Position numbers and translations under genes: made by a program
DNA from: Lingula anatina
Lineage: Eukaryota > Animalia > Brachiopoda
Assembly (NCBI GenBank): GCA_051362555.1
Contig: CM120643.1
Coordinates: 10,974,001 to 11,038,000, forward strand
DNA length: 64,000 bases
Direction: 5' to 3'
Notes under the pieces: model-generated
Told to the model about the DNA's origin: nothing
What the model saw: only the letters and a program-made list of their open reading frames with translations
The model's database searches: none
Shown: positions 25,552 through 35,215 of the stretch, piece by piece
How the letters are laid out: each line of letters begins with the position of its first letter
Position numbering within the stretch: position 1 is the stretch's first letter

Positions 25552-26109
25552 TATAACTTATGTTTCGGAGCTGTATTAGCCTACCATTGCTGGTAGTAAA
25601 CCTTTCAAAATTGCTTTATACAGGGTCAGAGAGAGAAAAAACCGACAATGTCGACTGGTTTATTCTACACATTTTGTAGAGGATAATAATAGCTGTATTT
25701 TTGTCGTCTTTATTTTCAATGACAAACCTAAAGTAAACCCCGCCATCCAGTGATGTTTGAGGAAGTCCCATAGCGCCACAAAGGGAACAAATAAGACTGA
25801 AGAATAAACAAATAGTGTTGCAAATGTCAGACTTTTTTCACGATGACTAGGTATATGTGATGAAAAGTGAGATTTTCATTTTTTTTATGTAAATGAATTA
25901 CGAGATTTCCAATGATAAATTGAAAAAAATATGAAGGTATTTTGAATACGGAAAAAAAAGAAAAAATACCACCGGAGATGAGACATCCAACATCTACACT
26001 CTTGCTAATAATGTTGGAATATTCCAGTTGAATATTGCATCTGCCATTTTAATAAGTTCAAACTAAGACGTACTGTATTGTTCAACCCGTTCATTAGTGC
26101 TATATCATA

Positions 26110-26560
26110 ATCAATGCTGAAAATGTGAAACAGTTCACCTACCTCGGTGGAATATTCACTGACAAATACGATGACACTCCGGAAATTAAACAACTAATTA
26201 CAATCGCGAAGAGTGCCACAATCGTCCTACCAAAGGTGTGGAAGTACAAAAACATTTCTCTTAGCACAAAGAAGAGACTGCTCAACTTTCTAGTTTTTTT
26301 TCGATAGATTTATATGGCGCGGAATGTTGGGTAGTGAATAAATCAAACAGGAAGATATTAGAAAGTTTTGAATTATGGTGCTATCGGTGTGTTATTTATA
26401 TCAGCTGGTACAAGGACTACGAACGATGAAGTGCTGAGACGATTCGGATACGAAAAAAAGACTGCTCGACTGTCTCACAGAGAGATAGCTTATCTTCGTG
26501 GGACAAAACTTGAGAGGCTAGTAAAAGAAAAATCATTACTGATGGGGAGCAGTATTCGAA
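26110..26560 (+). mobile_element. RTE-clade LINE fragment (post-RT region, frameshifted)
   Basis: QFTYLGGIFT...EIKQLITIAKSA...KVWKYKNISLSTKKRLLNFLVF / LYGAECWVVNKSNRKILESFELWCYR / TTNDEVLRR, the characteristic RTE C-terminal region, broken across frames. Confidence 0.8.
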
Positions 26561-26636
26561 TTTCGAACCTCGAAGACTTTAAACTCGATTCGGAGACGAT
26601 CTGACGAACCTCTGTGGACCCATGCGCACAGAACCG

Positions 26637-26920
26637 CCCGAACGAAAATGCAGTAGTATCGAAGTAGCAAAGAAGCATTAACGCAGTAGTGGTGTGGAGC
26701 ATATTTGCAGTAGAAATGCAGTATAGCCTACTGCAATTCTACTTCACAAATCACATAGGGTTGTACAGAAGAGGAGCATTAATGCAGTAGATTTGCAGCA
26801 TGATAGAAGCATGTTTCAAATATGCTAATTAGCTCCCCAATCGAAGCAGATTTGAAGCATGTTTGCAGTATGATTGCAGTAGTCTACTGCGCTGGAGTAT
26901 CTACTTCGTTTTCGTGCGGG
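26637..26920 (-). mobile_element. 284-bp CMC/EnSpm-like MITE, copy 2 (inverted relative to copy 1)
   Basis: CG|CCCGAACGAAAATGCAGTAG ... TTTTCGTGCGGG|CG. Near-identical reverse complement of 25268-25551, with its own 2-bp TSD (CG). Confidence 0.8.
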
Positions 26921-27733
26921 CGTGACCAGTGAAAAGTTTTTGCGAGGAGGGGAACGGCGGTTTGGCATCGACCCAACCGTTCTGGATGCTATTTAAATGA
27001 ATCTTACTGGTTAAAATTTCATAGGTGAGACCCCAGCTTATATACACGGAATTAAGCAGGAGGGAGAGAGCAAATATGCGTTAAAGACCGAATTGATCAC
27101 TTCATATAACATCAGAGTTGACTACAATAACCCTCATATTTGCTTTAGTTCGACCAAATGCATACATATTGACCCATTTTGCTTGTTGTTTATTCACAAC
27201 TGATACCAGGTTGCTCTTCTTCAAATACAAAAAAAATGTTATTGTTACATCAGCAAGGATCCAATCCCCAAAACCGACATCGCTTCTGTTGTGTAATTGA
27301 AAGGGAAGAATGTCGCGACTTATACACACCTCGCAACTCTAAATGTATATACTTGTACCCTCTACGATGCTTGCATTTACTTAGTTCTTTTCAGAAAGGA
27401 CAGCCAGATTGAAAACGAAAAGCTCTGCTTGCTGAATACATGTAAGTACAAAAAAATGCATGTAGGTACAAGGCTCCGTATGAGTAATTTTCAACCGACA
27501 AACTGACTTAAAATCCCTACCTGACCTCAACGTCATTTTGGAGGAAAGACACGGCGCCCGCACGTAATTTAAGCGATGTTGGAAAAAATCGCACGGAAAA
27601 TGATGAATTAACAGCCGATTTTTTAACATAAAAACTAGTCTTGATATGGCGCACGAATGTATAAAAGAACTTCAGTGTAATAAATGGTCTCTTAGTAAGG
27701 AATATCATCAGCAGTTTTACATGTTAATCATAG

Positions 27734-28280
27734 CACTGAGAATAAAATTGGAGTCATTTGACACTCTAAGCAGAGTCCAGCACCCCTTGACCCTCATGGA
27801 GTTAATTTGACTCCTATATAAGGGTCAAATTACCCCACTACCAGAGTCTTTGGACTCTCTTATCAGAGTCAATCACCCCTGGCTCTCATTGAGTCAATCT
27901 GACTCTAAAATCAGAGTCAAATTACCGGGGGCCAGTGTCTGGCTTACCCCTTTCACCGACTCTTTTCGCTCGCAGGAGAGTAAGTCTCGTTTCAGTACTT
28001 GTGGCAGTGAGCAGACGGCGGCGTGGAGAGAACAGTTTTCATCATCCTTTGTCAGTATAAACATTACTTTATCGGCCATAGTTGGTTTTATGCATGAACA
28101 AGTGGTTTTCTGTGTTTCTGCAAGCAGAACTCGTGCACTTATTACTGGCCCGGGCTTTCAGTTGCCCACACCCTTTATGTGAAATGTTGGTATACAGGTC
28201 AGCAAGTTTTGTTTCCAGGTTGTAGGTTTGATCCGCCAATGCATGTCACTGGGGAGGTATGCTCACTCATTGGTATATTT

Positions 28281-28345
<65 letters not shown>

Positions 28346-28762
28346 CTGTTTATTACCAGATTTACAACTGTTTGTTATTGCTATGGCAACACCATATGCG
28401 ACCGGATGGCCTTGTAGTTAGGGTGTCCGTCTCCAGAGCGGGAGGACGTGGGTTCAATCCCGTCCGGGGACATACCAGTCTTTAATAAACGGTACCTGCT
28501 GTCTCCCCGCTTGGCACTGTTGTTGTTTTTTTCCATAATGTGCCAAGGAGTCAAAAATTCCTAAATATGGGGTCATGGTGACTCTTTTGTAGAGATAAAT
28601 CAAGGGATGAAGGGATGTGTGAATGGAGTCAATTGTGACCCTCCTGTGGGGTCTGGGATGGCGTTACTCCATCGGAGTCAACTTGACTCCTATTGGGAGT
28701 TATTTTAGGCACCGTTGGACTCCAAGTTTGGAGTCACTTAGACTCCGATTTAATTCTCAGTG
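27734..28762. mobile_element. Non-autonomous CACTA/EnSpm-like DNA transposon (~1.03 kb)
   Basis: AG|CACTGAGAAT ... ATTCTCAGTG|AG: CACTG ends, 2-bp TSD, many subterminal GAGTC/GACTC repeats at both ends. Contains (TA)n at 28284-28341 and a SINE head. Confidence 0.8.
28400..28518 (+). mobile_element. tRNA-derived SINE 5' region (truncated)
   Basis: A-box-like TGGCCTTGTAG and B box GGTTCAATCC, followed by non-tRNA core CATACCAGTCTTTAATAAACGGTACCTGCTGTCTCCCCGCTTGGCACT. Confidence 0.65.
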
Positions 28763-28833
28763 AGTAACAGCCTGTTTTAATCAACAGTTAAAACACGTTA
28801 ATCGAACTTCGATATTGTATATTAATATATTAT

Positions 28834-29020
28834 ATTAATTTTTGCACTCCGATATTTCAGTGTCTATCGTGTCGCTCTCGTTGAGGATAGCTCAGCTGCT
28901 TGCACACCTCAAGTGGAGGTTGCGCTCACATTGTTAGCCAAACTTTCTATGTAACTGGGATATTATTCAAATATTGTTGAGATATCTTCGCAAAGTCCCA
29001 ATTATCTCACATCATAAAAA
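28834..29020 (-). repeat. Interspersed repeat, second copy at ~51553-51745 (+)
   Basis: Reverse complement aligns by eye to 51553-51745 (TTTTTATGATGTGAG...CTCAACAATATTTGAATAATAT...GCTAACAATGTGAG...GAGGTGTGCAA...GAGTGCAAAAATTAA). Confidence 0.6.
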
Positions 29021-29509
29021 TTCAAATTTTTCTTGAATTAAAAAAATGTCAGATTATTATTTAGTCCTTCAAACATTTCAAAATCTGAACAAAAATTTGA
29101 TCTAGGTGCCAGCTACGATGACATTTCTCAAGTTGTGTCAGCTAGAGGGGTCCATTCAAATGTTAACTGAGGAAGTCTACGTGTACATGTAAAAGAATTT
29201 AAAACAATGCCATCTAACCATGTAACTAACCCCGCAGCAGCGGTTAAAATTATCCCTATCTCGGTTCCTTTCCCTCTAACGACAAAGTGTTAAGGGTGAT
29301 ATTAGAACAATACTCGTCGCGGTTTTATGTTTGCCATTTATTCCTCATTGCAATTGCTGCTATAAATTAAAATGAGAATGCAATAAATTGACGGCACATA
29401 TTTATGAATGAAGTCCCCAGGTACATTTCCCTGAGCGTTTAAAGTCGGGGATAGATCGACACGTTTTATTGCCGCGTTTTCTAACGAAAGGAAAGAGAGA
29501 ATTAAACAT

Positions 29510-29790
29510 GACCGACCCATACAGATTTTGCGATGAGCTTTCAAGTGTTTCCGCCATAGTTGGTCCGCGGATCAACTTTGGTTGAGGTGCTGCTTAGTAG
29601 TAAATATCAGGTAGATCAACCCTCGTCCCTGCTCGTGGGTAGCTGGTGGCTACTGATGTCAATAGCCTCTCATATCTTCCGTGGGATGTCGGATGACTCG
29701 GATTCAAGAATCTTGCTTGAATTCCAGTCAATACTGTGGCCGGTGAGTATTACACTTTCAGATACGGCAGACCTGGTATTGCGTACAGTC
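29510..29790 (-). mobile_element. Penelope-like element remnant (GIY-YIG endonuclease C-terminal part)
   Basis: Minus strand reads RSAVSESVILTGHSIDWNSSKILESESSDIPRKI*EAIDISSHQLPTSRDEG, matching the SAxxEH..TGHxIDW..KIL..E...RKIxEAI..NRDEG pattern of Penelope endonucleases, with stops. Confidence 0.7.
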
Positions 29791-30385
29791 ACTGGCATTT
29801 TGCCTCAGCATAGAGGCACATAGATGTATCCAACGTAGCCACGTAGTGCTCTTGTTAACAAAAGGCATAACGCAAGCTAAAAAAAATATTGTACCAGTAG
29901 ATAAAAGATTATAGCATAACGCAAACTAAAAAATATTGTACCAGTAGATGAAAGCCGTTTATAGTGGCTCGAAAAATGTCAATTGCTTTATCCACTTTTG
30001 AGCCTGCATACGTTTATGCTGAAAAGGACTCACGTCCGACATCATTAACACTAGTACAGACAACCGCTTCCCGAAAAATGATGCATTTTTTAAGGTAGCC
30101 GATATAACATCACAACATATAGGAAAACTTGCTTGGTTGCTGAGCACCTTTGGTAAGTGCCACTGCCTTATGCTTTGAGAAAGCAATTGCATAAACTCTG
30201 TAAAAAATTTGTAAAATGTGAATGGTATTCTTCTTATTTAGAGGTTGTTTTGTAAGGTCTTAACTTTTGCTTCAAAGCCGCTAAACATATGCATATTATT
30301 TTTCTTTTGATTTAATGCGTGCGACTTACATGAGTGTTAACAAAGAATACTACCCCTTGGTGTCAAGGCACTATCATAATGGTGG

Positions 30386-32835
30386 TTTTTATGTACAGAC
30401 ACAGATGTGTCTGTACATATAGCCGTCACCTGCGTCTGTCGTCGCCGTTGCCGTCGCTGTCGCCGTCGCCGTTGGCGTGCACTTTTACTGTAAACACGAT
30501 AAATGGAAAACAGTTTTACCTTTTGGCTTGAAACTTACAGAACTGATGAATATTCATAATATGCAGGTCAAGTTCGAAAATCAGCATGATCGGGCCAGTT
30601 ATGCTGTTTTTTTTTCACTTTTTTCAGCATGTATGCAACACCTATAACACATTTTAAGGAAAATTGATTGGCCAATTGCCTTGAAATTCACAGGAGTGAT
30701 CAGTGTTACTAAAATACAGATTAAGTTTTGAAAATAAGCTTGATCAGTTAAGTTTTGGTGAAGTTATGCCTTTTTTGTATATAAGTGTTTTTTCTTCAAA
30801 CTTAATTCTCAGGCATGTTAACAGTCTCATTTTTTTAAACTAATTTAGATATGTTAAGTTGTTCTTTTGACATTTTCTGCATCTTAACAACATTGTTAGT
30901 TGATTATATAAAAATAACGGTAAACCTGTTATTGTGTATTGTGTAATAAAGTGTCAAAAATGGAAATAAACTCATATCTTAACAGTTTGTCAGATTCAAT
31001 CATTCACTATGTTCAGAATCTCTGAATGGAGCAAATTGGACATTTAAAATTGTTCTATTGATATTTTTCGTATGTCAACATTTTCCTAGTTGATCATTTA
31101 AAAATGAAAATAATTTTTTTGCTTAATGTAAAAAAGGTGTTGTAAATGGAAATAATCCCATTTCAGTAATAGCTATCTCTTGTTTTACATTTTGGCATTT
31201 TGAAAGTGTGACTCTGAACTTCCATGGTCTAGAAGACCTTCCCATATCACATTTTCTGAATATCCATGATACTTTTATTATTATTATTATCATTTTTTTT
31301 ATAAAAAAAATTGATGGTCATTGTGCTGTTAAGAATTATGTAATGTTGCATCAAAATTGAAGACAACCCTATTTTGGGCACTGCCTCCATAGTTACCATT
31401 TAAAGAAAAGCATTCACTTACTCTTCTGAAACTTACAGAAAAGTTGCATAGGACTAAAATGTAGCTTCAGTTGGAAAACCTGTTTTATCAAATAATTTTT
31501 CTGGAAATTATATAGTTTTTTGTGAGAATTAAATTGTTCACATAATGACATTTTCGAGATGTGACTTTGAACTTCTATTGGCTTGAAGACCTTTGCAAAT
31601 TATATTTTCTGAATATCCATGATACTGTTACTTAATTATTATAAATTGATGGTCATTATGCTATTAAGCATTATGTTATATTGCATGAAAGTTGAAGAAA
31701 ACCCCATTTTCGACACTGCTCCCAGGATAGCGATTAAGGGTAAACCATGTTACTTATGATACTCAAACTTACAAAAAAGTTGTATAGGTCTGAAGTGCAG
31801 CTTGTGTTGGAAAATCAGAGTGATTGTTTTCTGTTTTGGAAGCAATGCAGTTCTTTAGAGTACTATGCGGTGCAATAAATGTATATGGATAAAGGTTAGT
31901 ATGAAATTGTCCCTTGGGTGATCACTAATTAAATTAAGGTCTATAAAGTAATTTGCTTAATTAGTTTTCAATTGGGCATTAAATGAGATTACATAAAACA
32001 CTCATTGAGATTTCCCTGTAAAGTCCCATAGGTTTAGATCTGTTAACTGTGTCACATAATTAGGAGTCGATGATAATTATGCAGGTAAATTTTGTTTTAT
32101 ATTGAAAATAACTTTACAGAAGAAAATTTTGTGTAAGGCTTACATTAATGCTTAAGATGAATAACAGTGCCTTATTATTGGCAAACTCAATAGGGTTATT
32201 CATATCATGTTAATAGTTATACAGCTAGATAAAAAGTTTGAATAGCAGCTTTATTGGATTTTTTTTTGTTATGTTTTATTTTACATTTTTTTTTTTATTA
32301 TTATTATTTTTCAAACACAAGCATCTTCAAGATGTCACTTTTAACTCCCATCCACCAGAAGCGCTGTGCATTTTCTGTATTTCCACATTAGCAGTTGTGT
32401 GGGTTTTTATGTCTTTAAACATTGTGTAATATTATTTTGTGCACTGTCATCATTTTTCACATATTGGGATTTTCATTTTGTGAATTTGAACTCTCAAATA
32501 TGGTCCTGAAACTGTAATCTTATTGACCATGTTATTCTGTTGTACATTTTTGTGAAATTTTTATCTTTCACATATTGGTATTTTCAGTTTGGGACTTATA
32601 ACTCCCAAGGGCATGTAACAGTTCACTTTTATTGATCCTACCTGTTTTGCAATATTTGCAACTTGACTTTGCAGTTAAAGGGATAATAACTGTTTGTTTT
32701 GGCAAAAAAAAAAATGAATTTTTTTGTTGTAATCTCTTAAGAGATTATTACAGATTATAGTTATCTATGGAGGTCATATGATCTGATGACAAGTTCAGAT
32801 ATCAGAATAATAGCTATAACTGCCCTTTTTGTAGT

Positions 32836-32900
<65 letters not shown>

Positions 32901-33169
32901 TATGAGTTGTTGACACTGTTTAAACTCAAGTTGGATGATTCATATCATGGTAATACAGCTAGACTGATTGGCAGCTTTAGTGGAATATTTTTGTAATTTT
33001 TCCTTTTTTTAATTTTTCATTTTTCAAAGTGGTATTTTATAGATGCGACTTAACACTACCATTTACCAGGAGCCCTGTGCTGTTACTTTGTAACATTTTC
33101 TGTATTTTTTTAACTTACAAGAATGATTCTTAGGATTGACATACAGCCCAAATTAGAAAAACAGCTCTA

Positions 33170-33230
<61 letters not shown>

Positions 33231-33729
33231 GTTATTATTATTTTTTATCAAGTTTAAGCAATTTTTTGTGAAATTTTCACTTATTCTCATTCTGGCATTT
33301 CCAAAGTATGAACTTTAACTCTTATCAGCCTGAAGCCTTAGGGAACATTTCCAGACCCTATCACGCTAACTGTGGGTCGATCTATCTCCAAGGGAATTCT
33401 CGCTAAATTGCAATCAATGTAAGTGGCTTAGCTGTCCTACTGAAACTGGCATGCCAGAATCCTAAGCCGCTTAAGCTGAAAGCAATTTGTTGAGAAACCC
33501 CTGCGAGTTGGATTGATCCTTGTAGATTGATCTAGGTATGGGAGCTCAGTCTAATGCTTGTTACACATTTTACTTTCATCCCAATCCACTGTTGCGCCGA
33601 ATTAAAATTTGATGTTGGCTATGCAGTTAAGCATAATACATAAGTGCATCAGAATTAACAGTATCCTATTTTCTGCTTTTTTTATTTTCTGTTTTTTGTC
33701 TGTACATTTGACAGCTTTGCTGCCTTGTT
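30386..33729. mobile_element. Helentron-associated non-autonomous element (HINE-like), family 1, copy 1
   Basis: Left end TTTT-ATGTACAGACACA-GA-TGTGTCTGTACAT palindrome plus (CGTCGC)n microsatellite, then degenerate internal tandem repeats. Right end subTIR TGTCTGTACAT plus hairpin GACAGC-TTT-GCTGCC plus TTGTT. Both ends recur at 58309-60811. Carries nested MITE copies and (TA)n tracts. Confidence 0.75.
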
Positions 33730-34051
33730 ATTATTAAGATACAAATTACATTTCAGAAACTACTTATTTTTAATCGAATTATGTCCAAGTTTAGTAAAAT
33801 TGTTTAGACAATTGTGTTTAGACAATTTAAAATTGTGAGCTGTAATCCTGTAAATGTATTTTATTCATTACGAAGAACTGTAATCAATGTACCTGTAATT
33901 TTTAAGAAAGTTTTCATTTGTAAAACGACTGAGTAACTTTACTGATGGCTTGATCTCCATCTTCATACACGAACTATTGTTCAAGAAAAGTTGTAGATTT
34001 ATACTTGAAAATGCTTCAGGTACGCGCAAACCAACCTAACATTTTGCGATC

Positions 34052-34679
34052 ATGAAGTACTTCATATTGGTGTGCCTTTTGGCCTTTGTACTTGGTAAGC
34101 AATTTTTTAGTCCAAGCTACTTAGTTTTGCAAACTTTTTTGCACGATTGTACAACTACTGTCGATTAAAGTATAAATGACATTCAACCGTCATTCGAATA
34201 AGAAATGTTAGTCACAGTGCAATGTAAGTCTGTTGTAACTCCTTGGTCAAACCTAGTTTGGCAGAATTATACGTGCATTATTTAATTAATTTTATAATTG
34301 TCTCACGGTGTTGGTGTTAATTTTTTAAAAGTTCTCAGTGAAAACGGAAAAATATACATACCATAGCAATTGATGACGAGAAGTTGGGATCACATTTTGA
34401 AAGTTAATAAACACCATCACAAATTATAAAAATATGTCATCTCAAAACTTACCGGCTACCCGGGAGAAACGAAATTTTATATAAGCCTTATTTGGCGTAC
34501 CGCGTTTTCTCTTTTTAGATACCATTTCTGCGACAGCCGTATCCCAGGAATTGAGTCGCAGCCGAAGGTCGAAATGTTTCGTTTCATTCTTTGGGGTTTG
34601 GGCATGTATGGGCAGCTGCAACAGGCAGGGTTACACGGGTGGATATTGCAATAACCTCAAAAATTGTGTGTGCTATTAG
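34052..34679 (+). CDS. Invertebrate CS-alpha-beta defensin precursor (signal peptide, propeptide, 36-aa six-cysteine mature peptide), 67 aa
   Basis: Exons 34052-34094 (G|GTAAGC) and 34519-34679 (TTTTTAG|AT), phase-1 intron. Product MKYFILVCLLAFVL-DTISATAVSQELSRSRR-SKCFVSFFGVWACMGSCNRQGYTGGYCNNLKNCVCY*. Cys spacing C-x9-C-x3-C-x9-C-x5-C-x-C with the GGYC gamma-core. Not in the ORF track. Confidence 0.92.
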
Positions 34680-35011
34680 TCTAAGTTATTAAGGTAGTGA
34701 TATAAAACTATTGTAACCTGTTTTGAGAATTTCTATTCTGTTCCATCTGAACCTTATTCTTATAACGACACAAGGTGGGAGTCAGATATTTTGAAAAATA
34801 ACACGCAGGGAGTGTATAGAAATGACCTCAATCAGCAAGCTGTTAGGAAAAGATTAAGCATACGAATTATGATGACACGCCTGTTTGACTGCGCCACTGT
34901 TAAAAAAGGCACCCCAACACATATCCTGGCAGGGGAAGGAGCAGTTATCATTGCTCAAAAAGGGAAACTATCGCGTGCGCCACAAACATGCTTCTTAACG
35001 GGATAAAGTCT

Positions 35012-35021
35012 GGAAATTCCC
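35012..35021 (-). promoter_or_regulatory. NF-kB/Rel-like site next to a GATA motif, in the defensin locus
   Basis: GGAAATTCCC (reverse complement GGGAATTTCC) with GATAA at 35002-35006. Motif match only. Confidence 0.3.
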
Positions 35022-35125
35022 CTCTTTACTCTGATATCCATCATAGATTTACAATATTGATCATTTTGATTACTTTTCAAGAATTTAATCTTCTGTTTCC
35101 ACGTCCATTTCTCTTTTATTTTTAG

Positions 35126-35215
35126 ATGTCGACTGAGAGCGGAGATGATCTTGGGTCACACTGAGCACTACTGTCCACCTGACATGAAACCAGTTAATAA
35201 AATTTTTGGGAAAAA
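35126..35215 (+). other. Probable non-coding 3' UTR exon of the defensin gene
   Basis: Donor AAG|GTAGTG at 34693/34694, 14 nt after the stop. Strong pyrimidine tract and acceptor TTTTTAG at 35125. AATAAA at 35196-35201. Confidence 0.5.

Noticed and set aside
35126-35164. Alternative second coding exon for the 34052 signal peptide
   Set aside because: In phase 1 it stops after three codons (DVD*); the 34519 exon gives a full defensin, so this is treated as UTR.
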